Assembly: GCA_963703955.1 (NCBI GenBank)
Contig: CAVPGK010000017.1
Coordinates: 288,001-352,000 of the forward strand
DNA length: 64,000 nucleotides
Direction: 5' to 3'
DNA from: Nitrospirota bacterium
GTDB taxonomy: Bacteria; Nitrospirota; Nitrospiria; Nitrospirales; Nitrospiraceae
The notes beneath the pieces were generated by a model. The model was not told where the DNA came from, did not search any database, and saw only the letters and a program-made list of their open reading frames with translations. Shown here one piece after another: positions 33,435-42,453 of this stretch; the first letter of the stretch is position 1; every line of letters starts with the position of its first letter. Both the position numbers and the translations under genes were made by a program.

Positions 33435-35653
33435 CCAGTATGAACATTCAACGCGGGTTACAGTACAGCGCGACCCTGCAAGCTGCCGTGGGTTTTGTCG
33501 CCCTCACAGGAACTGGGAAGCTGCCTGCCGCCTTGATCCTGATCGGATGTCTCACCCTGGTCGCTTGCCTCGTTCGGTTCGTCGGCTACGGCGCCGGTTC
33601 TATCGTCTTTCGACTGTCGCCCATAATTTGGAATGTGATCATGGTCACCGCATTCATCGCTTCCGGAGCGGATCTTGCCTGGGGAACGCAGGACTTGCTT
33701 CAAGCGAGCATGTATGTGCTCATTCTTCTGATGGTGCATAAGCTGTGGACGGCTCAGCGTCACGGCGATTTCATGCATCTGTATGTCATCAGTTTCCTGG
33801 AGTTCTTGTCTGCGGCTGTTCTGACGATCGAGCTGTGGTATGCGATCGTTTTTGTGCTGTACTTACTCACGGCAATCTGGGCTCTCCTTCTCTGGCATCT
33901 GACCCGCGAAGCAGAGGAGGTCACAACGAGCCAAGGAACTGAGCAGGCGTTAGCGCGTGTCCCCTTGTCGGCCCGGTTTTTCTGGACGACCAACGCGATT
34001 GCCATGGGGGCCCTGTCGTTGACGTTGGCTATTTTCTTTACGATGCCGAGAACAGGGTTTGGATTTTTCCAGAAGACGGGCGGGACGCTGATTCGAACGA
34101 CGGGATTCTCTGAACAGGTTGACTTGGGCGGGATCGGCGCGGTCAAGCAGGATCAAAGCCTCGTCATGCGGGTGCAATTCCCCGACATGGAAGGTCCTCC
34201 GTCCGAGGACCTCTATTTTCGCGGTGTGGCGTTTGATCGATATAACGGACGATCGTGGACGAATACCTTCGCGCGCCGACGGCTGGTTGTCAGGAATGAT
34301 GAGGGAATCTTTACCGGGCAGAATGAAAAATACGAGGAAAGAGGCCCCCCAGGAGTTCGCCAACAGATTCTGATTGAGGCGCTGGACACATCCGTTCTGT
34401 TCGGCATGCCGTTGGTGGATGAAATCCGAGGGGCTTTTCCGGCTGTCCAAACAGACGGCATGGACGGCTGGTCTCTGCCCGTACCAATGGCAGCTCGATT
34501 TCAATACGACGCCGTTTCGTCCGTCCCCAAAATAGAAGATGCAGAACGAGTTGCGTCCTCATTCGAGTACCCCCCGGATATCAGGGAGCATTTTCTCGAC
34601 GTACCGCCGTTGAGCCCGGAGGTTGCGGATCTGGCCATGTCTGTGACGCGCCACGCGAAGTCGCCGTTTGAACGGATAGTTTCCGTCCAACGACATCTCA
34701 TGACGAACTATCGTTACAGCCTCGATGTGGACATGGATGAAACTCGTAATCCGCTGGAGGACTTTCTGTTCAGACGGAAGAGCGGGTACTGTGAGCACTA
34801 TGCGACTGCGATGGTGGTGATGCTTCGCACATTGGGCATTCCTGCCCGGTTGGTGACGGGTTTCCTGCCCGGTGAGTGGAACGAATACGGAAATTATTAT
34901 CGGGTCCGTCAGCGAGACGCCCATGCCTGGGTTGAAGTCTTTTTCCCCCAGTCGGGGTGGATTACCTTTGATCCAACCCCAACTGTCGGCACAGGCGTCC
35001 CCGATCCGATATGGCGAAAGCTCGGCAGCCTCATTGATTCAGTCCGACTGAAATGGGACCGGTTCGTCATTCAATACAGCTTTCGGGATCAGATCGCGAT
35101 TGTCCAAGCGATTCGTGAACGAAGTGAACGGGTGCGCGCAAACGGCGCGCATCTCCTGGAAACTGTCCGCCGCTGGGCAAGCACGTCGACGGCGTGGTTT
35201 GCCCACCAGGCCCGCCCGCTCGTCGGGCTGTTCGTCATCGTGGCTGTCCTTGGACTCAGCGCGTTCGTCGCACTCGCCATCAAGATGTACAAAGGCCGTC
35301 GGGCTGCTGCCCTCCATGCGGTCCGAGAGCAAGTTGCTGTGAAGATGTACGCTCGCATGCTGCGACTTCTGTCATCGCGAGGCCTGAGAAAGGCCGGAGG
35401 ATGCACGCCGTTGGAGTTTTCACGGCGGATTGCCGAGGAGTGGGCGGACGCCGGTCCTTTTGTGACGCCACTAACCGAACTCTACTGTCGGGTTCGGTAC
35501 GGCCATGAACCCTTCGAAGATCATGACCGGCAGCGGGCAGAGGAGCTGCTTCAAGGTCTTCGCGCCGCGGCTCCGTCTGTTCAGAGGCGGAAACGACTGG
35601 CTCTCACGAACCTCAGAGAAAAGTGGAAGATGTTCACAAAGCGAGAGGTCTGA
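33431..35653 (+). CDS. tgpA: Transglutaminase-like TgpA (DUF3488-TGase-DUF4129)
   Basis: GYCEHYA, GIPARLVTG, HAWVEV, FDPTP; N-terminal TMs; GTGA overlap with DUF58. Confidence 0.92.
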   Translation: MTSMNIQRGLQYSATLQAAVGFVALTGTGKLPAALILIGCLTLVACLVRFVGYGAGSIVFRLSPIIWNVIMVTAFIASGADLAWGTQDLLQASMYVLILLMVHKLWTAQRHGDFMHLYVISFLEFLSAAVLTIELWYAIVFVLYLLTAIWALLLWHLTREAEEVTTSQGTEQALARVPLSARFFWTTNAIAMGALSLTLAIFFTMPRTGFGFFQKTGGTLIRTTGFSEQVDLGGIGAVKQDQSLVMRVQFPDMEGPPSEDLYFRGVAFDRYNGRSWTNTFARRRLVVRNDEGIFTGQNEKYEERGPPGVRQQILIEALDTSVLFGMPLVDEIRGAFPAVQTDGMDGWSLPVPMAARFQYDAVSSVPKIEDAERVASSFEYPPDIREHFLDVPPLSPEVADLAMSVTRHAKSPFERIVSVQRHLMTNYRYSLDVDMDETRNPLEDFLFRRKSGYCEHYATAMVVMLRTLGIPARLVTGFLPGEWNEYGNYYRVRQRDAHAWVEVFFPQSGWITFDPTPTVGTGVPDPIWRKLGSLIDSVRLKWDRFVIQYSFRDQIAIVQAIRERSERVRANGAHLLETVRRWASTSTAWFAHQARPLVGLFVIVAVLGLSAFVALAIKMYKGRRAAALHAVREQVAVKMYARMLRLLSSRGLRKAGGCTPLEFSRRIAEEWADAGPFVTPLTELYCRVRYGHEPFEDHDRQRAEELLQGLRAAAPSVQRRKRLALTNLREKWKMFTKREV

Positions 35654-35696
35654 TCCTATCGGAAAGGAGCAGGTTTCAGGAGAGATTTTAAGAGGT

Positions 35697-35771
35697 TGGA
35701 GCGGGAAATGGGATTTGAACCCACGACCCTCGCCTTGGCAAGGCGATGCTCTACCACTGAGCTATTCCCGC
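35697..35771 (-). tRNA. tRNA-Gly (GCC)
   Basis: Reverse complement GCGGGAATAGCTCAGTGGTAGAGCATCGCCTTGCCAAGGCGAGGGTCGTGGGTTCAAATCCCATTTCCCGCTCCA folds as a cloverleaf with encoded CCA. Confidence 0.98.
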
Positions 35772-35930
35772 TCACGATTTCTTTTCAAAGGGTTATGTCA
35801 CTGTATCCTTTTGCTGTACCATCGAGTGGCAGTGAAAGTGGCACTTGCGACCAATAACCAGCCAGTTTATCGAGTGCCTGACATAGCCTTCTATCATACT
35901 CCGGTGTGTCATGACTATACGTTTCTACAA

Positions 35931-36065
35931 CGGACGATCCGGATCGTGAAGAGCCGCGGGAGCGCGCACGATCAGCATGAACACCTGCTCACCATCTCGA
36001 AGAAGGGAGTTGCCGTGGGCAAGCCCAGATCGGGCAAGCGTGGTCAGAACTCGCCAAAGAAATAG
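35931..36065 (+). pseudogene. C-terminal remnant of a KaiC/RAD55-like ATPase
   Basis: RTIRIVKSRGSAHDQHEHLLTISKKGVAVG matches the K-x-RG-x-x-H tail of KaiC-type domains. Confidence 0.55.
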
Positions 36066-36189
36066 GGTTCGGTTCACATTTTCGGATCGCAGTCAAGTAA
36101 CTGGTTTCGGATTGTGGATCAGCAGTGACTCCGCAGCACAGTCGAGCTAAGCTGTGACGAATGAACGATCTGCGGCTTAGGAATTGTTG

Positions 36190-36345
36190 ACCAGCATACG
36201 AGGGAGGCGGAAGCCAGATGAGGTTGAAGCGTCCTTCCCGGATACGAGCGGCTTGTTGCCTCACAATCTGGTACCAACGCTTCTTACCATGATTCGCAAA
36301 CTGCTGGGGGTGACCTGTGGCGGTAGGATTCCTAGTAGAATCGGG
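36190..36345 (-). pseudogene. N-terminal remnant of a GH13 alpha-amylase
   Basis: FY*ESYRH...KRWYQIVRQQAARIREGRFNLIWLPPPSYAG, with a stop and a frameshift. Confidence 0.6.
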
Positions 36346-36536
36346 CGGCCAAAAGAAGCGTCTCTACCGCTTTGCATCCCTCCCGCGTGTCTCCCGAGAC
36401 GAATTGTTGAATTAGGGTTTCCATGTACCGGCAGAATTCTGACCGATGCAGGAAATGTTGGAAGCCGATGAGACTATGCTCGTCGAAGAATAGTAAGCGG
36501 GTATTACGTGATCTAAAAGACCAATCTTCCTCAATG

Positions 36537-37448
36537 TTAATATGAGGACTGTCGCATCAATCGATCTAACTTGCCATCCAAGGCGGCAAAGTCTTCCACG
36601 ATCTCAATCTTAGATTTCGCGAAGAGATCCCGCATGGCGAGCGCGCCATCTCCGCCGACAGTCAGATTGGAAACGGGGCTCACTTCATGAGCAAGGGCGT
36701 AGACCAGCTCCGCGGCCTTGGCCTCGGAAAGTGCGAGAGGAAAGGAAATGATCGTCAGGTCTGGCTCAACCTTGCTGCAGAGGTTGGTCACAGAAGCAAT
36801 GGGCACGTTGGCTCCCAAATAGTAGACACGGCAGCCGCGAACACGACATCGATACGCAACCGCCAACGCGGCAATGTCGTGTTCCTCACCGGGTGGGCAA
36901 GCTACGACCACTTTAGCGCCGAACTCAGCCACAGGGAGCTGATTCATGGCCGCGAAAATCCTTTGCTGGATTTGCTTCGTGACGTAATGTTCGATGGCAA
37001 TGTTTACATGACCCTCGTGCCACAGCCGTCCTACCTGTTCCTGGAGTGGGAGCAGGATCCCATGAAGCGCTTCTTCAAATGGAACTACTGCAACGGCCCC
37101 GTTTAAGCGTTTCTCGAACGTCACACGATCGAAGGGATCGAGTGAGGACAGAAGTTCCCGCAGGAGCCGGCTGAATGTATTGTCGACGAATGACACTTGA
37201 GGCGCACTGGCTCGGGCTCGTCTCAACAACTCCTCACGCCCCAATTTCGACAGCTCTCCTATCGAACCTCCAGCATCAAGCTGTCCTTTGAGATATCTCA
37301 GCAGCGCAACATCCTCATCAGAATAATTGCGATAACGATTGGCTCCACGGGTCGGTTTTACGAGGCCAAACCGGCGCTCCCATATCCGAATGACGTCTCG
37401 TGAGAGCCCAGTTAGTTTTGCAACCCTATGAATTCTATGCGTATTCAT
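36537..37448 (-). CDS. CarH/LitR-type MerR regulator with AdoB12-binding domain (photoreceptor)
   Basis: MerR HTH (IRIWERRFGL..P.R...YR.YS); W-x9-EH (WHEGHVNIAIEH); ExH B12 ligand (PPGEEH); YLGANVP. Confidence 0.9.
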   Translation of the reverse strand: MNTHRIHRVAKLTGLSRDVIRIWERRFGLVKPTRGANRYRNYSDEDVALLRYLKGQLDAGGSIGELSKLGREELLRRARASAPQVSFVDNTFSRLLRELLSSLDPFDRVTFEKRLNGAVAVVPFEEALHGILLPLQEQVGRLWHEGHVNIAIEHYVTKQIQQRIFAAMNQLPVAEFGAKVVVACPPGEEHDIAALAVAYRCRVRGCRVYYLGANVPIASVTNLCSKVEPDLTIISFPLALSEAKAAELVYALAHEVSPVSNLTVGGDGALAMRDLFAKSKIEIVEDFAALDGKLDRLMRQSSY

Positions 37449-37479
37449 TCTTTGTGGCTGATTATTGATTATATTGAAA

Positions 37480-37573
37480 TGTCAAATGTTTGTCAAATAT
37501 TATTTATAATAACACTTGACACATTGGACAATGTAGTTTATACATTAGACATACTTGCTACAAACATTGAACA
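37480..37573. promoter_or_regulatory. Candidate CarH/LitR operator (11-bp direct repeats) in a divergent promoter
   Basis: TGTCAAATGTT TGTCAAATATT tandem (37480-37501); ACA cores at 37549, 37560 and 37571 (11-bp period); TTGACA at 37516. Confidence 0.7.
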
Positions 37574-37593
37574 ACAAACCTATGGAGGTGATC

Positions 37594-37890
37594 ATGGCAA
37601 CAGCGTCGGCGGACAGAACGAGAGTGGATCAGCTACGGAACCGCGCAATCTCTTCTGCTGTCTCGCATGACTCGATGTGCACGAGGTGCGGCGGACTCAT
37701 GGTGAGTGACTTCAGCATGGATCTATTGAACAGCACCGGCGAGCCGGAGTTGGCCGCGAAACGTTGCGTGCAATGTGGAGAAGTCGTCGATGCGGTCATC
37801 CAGCGCAATCGGCAGCTCCGGCAAGAATCGATCACAGTTAGGCAAACAGAGAGGATGTTCCCAGAGATGATGAGCAAACAGAATCTCTAA
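37594..37890 (+). CDS. Small CxxC...CxxC zinc-ribbon-like protein
   Basis: CTRCGGLM...CVQCGEVVD; GGAGG RBS. Confidence 0.8.
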   Translation: MATASADRTRVDQLRNRAISSAVSHDSMCTRCGGLMVSDFSMDLLNSTGEPELAAKRCVQCGEVVDAVIQRNRQLRQESITVRQTERMFPEMMSKQNL

Positions 37891-37909
37891 CCGGGAAGGA
37901 GTAGACGCC

Positions 37910-38263
37910 ATGAGAGCAAGAGCATTGATATATGGGCTCACCATAGTTGTCGCGGCAACGATGGCGGGATGTGCAGCCGATGGAGGATCCCGAATGAACG
38001 TGGCCTCCGGGGAGGCCGTGAAACCCGTGACTGCGCGAGAGGCAGTGGATCGAGCCTTCGAGTATGGCCAGCAGGTGGCCGTGTTGCGTGATGAGGCCAG
38101 AAGGCTGGAACTCGAAGGCCGGGTGGCCATGCACCGGGCGGCTGAGAAGGAAGAGGCCACGCGTATCCTGGAGAAGGCTCGAGCCATGTGGACGGCGGCC
38201 GACACGGCCGAGGACACGGCCCGGGAATATCGGCGCCAGGTGCCACATAATCAAGTGAACTGA
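37910..38263 (+). CDS. Hypothetical helical lipoprotein
   Basis: Lipobox MAGC; AAGGAG RBS; Ala/Glu/Arg-rich helices. Confidence 0.78.
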   Translation: MRARALIYGLTIVVAATMAGCAADGGSRMNVASGEAVKPVTAREAVDRAFEYGQQVAVLRDEARRLELEGRVAMHRAAEKEEATRILEKARAMWTAADTAEDTAREYRRQVPHNQVN

Positions 38264-38341
38264 CTATGTCACGGAAGGTCTTTAGGAATGTTTTCAACCA
38301 ACCAGGGTCGTCCTGGTGTTCCCAAACCAAGGAGGTTTCCA

Positions 38342-39307
38342 ATGCGGAGTCAAACGGTTCTTCAGGTCGGATTGGGAGTGGTGTTGATGGCAGGAGCCAT
38401 CTCCATCGCAACAGCGGCAGATCAGCCGAGTAGCGACAAGGACATGGTGCTGATCCCCAAAGGTGAGTTCACCATGGGGAGCAACGAGCATTGGGATGAA
38501 GCGAAGCATCAGGTTGTGCTCGATGCGTATCTCATCGACAAGTATGAGACGTCGAACGCGCGGTACAAGGAATTTATGAAAGCCACCGGTCATCCGGCTC
38601 CGGCCTATTGGGACGATCCTCGGCTCAGCAAGGCTAATCAGCCGGTCGTCGGCGTGAGCTGGACTGACGCGGGTGCCTTCTGCAAGTGGGAAGGCAAGCG
38701 GCTTCCGACGGAAGGGGAATGGGAGCGCGCGGCCAAAGGTCCGGAAGGCGACAATCATTACCCATGGGGTCACAAGCTTGATCCCAAGAAAGCCAACTAT
38801 GGGCAGAATGTTGGCCATACCACGCCGGTGGATTCCTACCCCGAAGGAGTGAGCGGGTTCGGGGTCTACAACATGGCAGGGAACGTTTTTGAATGGGTCG
38901 AGGATTGGTATGACCCGAAACACTATAAGGAGAGCCTTGCCCTGAATCCACGCGGTGCCGAGAAAGGCTACAACTTTGCCAATCAGGGCCCGGTCAAGGT
39001 GCTGCGCGGTGGGTCCTGGCTCGCTCCGGAAACTTCGTTGCACACAAGTCACCGGTTCTGGAATCAGCCGGACAATAACTCCTATGGGGTCGGGCTCGGA
39101 TTCCGTTGCGCGAAGTCTGCGCAGACGATTTCTGACGAAGCCATGCAAGCAGGACGCGATGCATTCATTGCAGCGTTAGTCGCGATGGGAGCGGAAAAGA
39201 ACGCCGATGCGATGGCCTCCATCGAGAAGGCGCTGGCTGCGGAGCCGGCCAACAAGGAATACCTGGCCACCCGCGACCTGATCAAGAAGAGCATGAAGAA
39301 GAAATAG
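38342..39307 (+). CDS. Secreted FGE-sulfatase-fold (SUMF1/EgtB/PvdO family) protein 1 with TPR-like tail
   Basis: Signal peptide; GEFTMG, RLPTEGEWERAA, MAGNVFEW, RGGSW, GFRC. Confidence 0.9.
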   Translation: MRSQTVLQVGLGVVLMAGAISIATAADQPSSDKDMVLIPKGEFTMGSNEHWDEAKHQVVLDAYLIDKYETSNARYKEFMKATGHPAPAYWDDPRLSKANQPVVGVSWTDAGAFCKWEGKRLPTEGEWERAAKGPEGDNHYPWGHKLDPKKANYGQNVGHTTPVDSYPEGVSGFGVYNMAGNVFEWVEDWYDPKHYKESLALNPRGAEKGYNFANQGPVKVLRGGSWLAPETSLHTSHRFWNQPDNNSYGVGLGFRCAKSAQTISDEAMQAGRDAFIAALVAMGAEKNADAMASIEKALAAEPANKEYLATRDLIKKSMKKK

Positions 39308-39376
39308 CCGACAGACCGGTTGGGGGGCGGTGATCCCGTCCCCCTCCGGGTCAGACTTTGGGACGGGAGGATTGTG

Positions 39377-40435
39377 ATGAATGTGTCTAAAACCATAATG
39401 CTGGTGGTCCTGGTGATGGGCATGACGATGCTGACCGGAACAAGCCATGCGGAGGAATCATTGATTCCCAAAGAGATGGTGTACATCGGGCATGGGCCGT
39501 CGGTGATGGGGATTGATAAGGAAGCGCCTGCGGACTCAGGCAAAAAGCCGACGGCGTACGAGCGACGGATGAAGACGCCCTGGTCGGCCGACGCGTTGAA
39601 CGACGAGGGTCCGGCACATATGGTGTTTCTGGATTCGTACCTCATGGATAAGTACGAAGTCTCGAACAAAGATTATGGCGAGTTCATCAGAGCAAAAGGT
39701 CATGCGGCCCCAGCCTATTGGGATGATCCTCGCTTAAATAAGCCCGAAGACCCGGTGGTCGGAGTGAACTGGGAGGACGCCAAAACCTTCTGTGAATATC
39801 GCGGGAAGCGCCTTCCAACGGAAGCTGAATGGGAAAAAGCGGCTCGTGGTCCCAAGGCCAACCTCTACCCCTGGGGCAATTACTTTGATCCAGCCAAAGC
39901 GAACTACGGCAAGAATCACGACGCGACTATGCCGGTGGATTCCTATCCAGAGGGCGCGAGTTACTATGGCGTCTACAACATGGCGGGTAATGTCTTCGAG
40001 TGGGTCTCTGATTGGTATGACCCCCGTTACTATGGACGGCTTGAAACGATGGTGAATCCAACCGGTCCGGCAAAACCCATATGGATGGGCGGAACCGGCA
40101 CCTATGTTGACCGGCTGACGGTCGGGGAAAAGCGAGTCATTCGTGGAGGATCGTGGATCGCACCGGAAGGCACAGTCAGGGCAACCCACCGGTTCTGGAA
40201 TCACCCGCTTAACAACAGTTATGGCGTGGGCCTGGGCTTCCGTTGCGCCAAGACCGCCCCGCCCGAGATCGAACAGCAGATCAGGGACAGCTACATTTCT
40301 GCCTTAGTGGGGATGGGCAGAGAACGATTTGCGGACGCTCAACAGGCGGTGGCTCGTGGCCTGGCCATTGATCCCAAGAACGTTGAACTGTTGGAGCTCC
40401 ACCCGCTGATTGAGCAGTCGATGAAGAAGCTGTGA
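39377..40435 (+). CDS. Secreted FGE-sulfatase-fold protein 2 with TPR-like tail
   Basis: Signal peptide; RLPTEAEWEKAARG, MAGNVFEW, RGGSW, GFRC; close paralog of protein 1. Confidence 0.9.
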   Translation: MNVSKTIMLVVLVMGMTMLTGTSHAEESLIPKEMVYIGHGPSVMGIDKEAPADSGKKPTAYERRMKTPWSADALNDEGPAHMVFLDSYLMDKYEVSNKDYGEFIRAKGHAAPAYWDDPRLNKPEDPVVGVNWEDAKTFCEYRGKRLPTEAEWEKAARGPKANLYPWGNYFDPAKANYGKNHDATMPVDSYPEGASYYGVYNMAGNVFEWVSDWYDPRYYGRLETMVNPTGPAKPIWMGGTGTYVDRLTVGEKRVIRGGSWIAPEGTVRATHRFWNHPLNNSYGVGLGFRCAKTAPPEIEQQIRDSYISALVGMGRERFADAQQAVARGLAIDPKNVELLELHPLIEQSMKKL

Positions 40436-40488
40436 GGGAATCTTGCACCGTTCTTATGAACGGTGTGATCGTGATGGAGGCGTTACCG

Positions 40489-40857
40489 ATGAAACGTTAC
40501 ACAACTCTTGTATTCGGGATTTCATTCAGCGCGCTCCTGGGGATTACCGCCGTCCTGGCTGGACCCATAGATCCGGCCGGCCATCCGCATCCGGAGCACG
40601 GCAAGGCGGTCCATGAGGCCGAACATGACGTGGATCATGCGTGGGAGGTCTATCATCGCGCGGCGTTAGGGGGAACCGTCGCCGCCCCTGCTCTGCAGGC
40701 CGACATCGAGCAGCACCTGCACGAAGCCAGAACCCTCATTGATCAGGCGCAGGAGGCAGCCGAGCGGGGGGACAAGCGTCAGGTGCAGCGTCTTGTTGGT
40801 CAAATCAAAATCCATACGTCCCATGCCATCGAAGGGAGCAAGGAGCAGAAGAAATGA
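40489..40857 (+). CDS. His-rich periplasmic helical protein (SmbP-like, metal binding inferred)
   Basis: Signal peptide ending VLA; many His residues (HPHPEH, HEAEHDVDH, HLHEA, HTSH); GGAGG RBS. Confidence 0.7.
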   Translation: MKRYTTLVFGISFSALLGITAVLAGPIDPAGHPHPEHGKAVHEAEHDVDHAWEVYHRAALGGTVAAPALQADIEQHLHEARTLIDQAQEAAERGDKRQVQRLVGQIKIHTSHAIEGSKEQKK

Positions 40858-41699
40858 CACTAGGTCTGCGGAGGAGAACAACTCGCTGGAGAATGATTGC
40901 GGCGATTGTAGTGGCAGTCTGTGCCGTCGCGCAGTCGCCGGTTGTGGTGGCGGTGCCGGTTTCGAAGGAGCTTGCCCCGGTTCCTATGGTGACGATTCCA
41001 GCAGGAGAATTCTTGATGGGCAATCCAGAAGGAAAAGGCCGGGCCGACGAGTGGCCACAGCGATCCGTCTACCTCGATGCATTCGCGATCGATCAAGTCG
41101 AGGTGACGAATGAACGATATATGAGGTTCGTCATGTCCACCGGCCATCGAAATCCTCCCAATCCGTATGGCACCGGCCCGCTCCTGTCCGTGAAAGGGAT
41201 TGAGCAACTCCCTGTCGCGCAGACGACGTGGTACGACGCCAAGGCTTATTGCAGTTGGGCCAAGAAGCGGCTGCCGACGGAAGCGGAATGGGAAAAGGCC
41301 GCTCGCGGCACGGATGGTCGCCTGTTTCCCTGGGGCAATGAACCAGCGACATTGAAGCGGGCGAACTTTGACCGCGAATGGGAGGACGAAAAGACGTTAT
41401 ACCCGGTCGGGTCATTGCCTGGTGGAGACTCACCCTATGGGGTGAAGGACATGGCCGGCAATGCCAGGGAGTGGGTCTCTGACTGGTACGACCCGGAGTA
41501 CTACAAGCATGCGCCGGATCGGAATCCGCAGGGTCCTGACAAAAAAGGAGTGGTCCGATCGATTCGCGGCGGGTCATGGCATAGCCCGGTGGCCGATATC
41601 ACGACATCAGCAAGAGGTCGCGGCGGGTTTGCCCTGCAGACTCACGGCACCGGGTTCCGCTGTGCCCGTGGTCTCGAGGGGGAGATTCAGCAGAAGTAG
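40854..41699 (+). CDS. Secreted FGE-sulfatase-fold protein 3
   Basis: GEFLMG, RLPTEAEWEKAARG, MAGNAREW, RGGSW, GFRC; ATGA overlap with the upstream gene. Confidence 0.9.
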   Translation: MTLGLRRRTTRWRMIAAIVVAVCAVAQSPVVVAVPVSKELAPVPMVTIPAGEFLMGNPEGKGRADEWPQRSVYLDAFAIDQVEVTNERYMRFVMSTGHRNPPNPYGTGPLLSVKGIEQLPVAQTTWYDAKAYCSWAKKRLPTEAEWEKAARGTDGRLFPWGNEPATLKRANFDREWEDEKTLYPVGSLPGGDSPYGVKDMAGNAREWVSDWYDPEYYKHAPDRNPQGPDKKGVVRSIRGGSWHSPVADITTSARGRGGFALQTHGTGFRCARGLEGEIQQK

Positions 41700-41915
41700 C
41701 GGGCCGAGGTGGGATGTGAGGGAACTCAATAACAACGGCAGAAATCCGGAGGTCGGTTCTCTTTTACCGACCAGGTGGCGCCGCGACTCCGCACGGCGTC
41801 TTCCGCTGAGGCAGACGGGTCTCTCCCTCGGGAGGACCTCGTCCCCTCGGTGGGCAACTGGAGCGGCTCATATAAAGGTAGGCGCAGTACTGTCGGCAAT
41901 CACGAGGAGGACAGC

Positions 41916-42041
41916 ATGACCACGTTAATTGTGTTGGCAATGGTGGTGGCGGCTTTGAGCTGTTTGACGAGTGCTGCGCAATGGAGACCCGCTGTCGCGT
42001 TGCCGCGGCAGGCCGGATTGAGCAGCCCTTGTGTCAAGTAA
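41916..42041 (+). CDS. 41-aa small hydrophobic protein
   Basis: GAGGAGG RBS; MTTLIVLAMVVAALSCLTSAAQWRPAV... Confidence 0.55.
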   Translation: MTTLIVLAMVVAALSCLTSAAQWRPAVALPRQAGLSSPCVK

Positions 42042-42082
42042 GGAGGTTCGGTTGTCCTTCTTTATAGCCGTCGAGGGTTCCC

Positions 42083-42408
42083 GTGGAATCAAATGGGAGA
42101 CCAGACAATCCTGCTGTCTCTGCCCCGCACATCGACGACATCTGCGCGCGTTGTGGTGGACTGATGGTTTTGGCGCACTACATGGATCTGCAGGACGATA
42201 CAGGTCAGATCGGGATGACGGCGTACGATGCACGAGTTGCGGAGAGGTCGTCGACCCGGTCATTCTTCAGAACCGAGTCAAGCCGGCGCCGAATCTCTTG
42301 TACGGCACAAAGCAGCGCAAGTAGGTACAGCGAGTGGATGACGGTGAGTCGGATGGTTCAGTCAATCTGGACAGCAATGGCAGCGGAGAGGGCCATGGCC
42401 ATAGTTGA
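42083..42408 (+). pseudogene. Second CxxC...CxxC zinc-ribbon paralog, frameshifted
   Basis: CARCGGLM in one frame and RCTSCGEVVDPVILQNR in another; TAG at 42322. Confidence 0.7.
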
Positions 42409-42453
42409 CCAGGCCAGTGCCGCGTCGTAGCTCTCTGATAAGGAGATAACGCC

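Noticed and set aside
31282..35653. moxR-DUF58-transglutaminase triad as a novel system
   Set aside because: A widespread, already recognised operon.
41775..41890. HDV-like ribozyme, cobalamin or c-di-GMP riboswitch assignment for the structured spacer
   Set aside because: Only short word matches (GTCCCCTCGG, TGGGCAAC); the required pseudoknot and conserved boxes could not be built.
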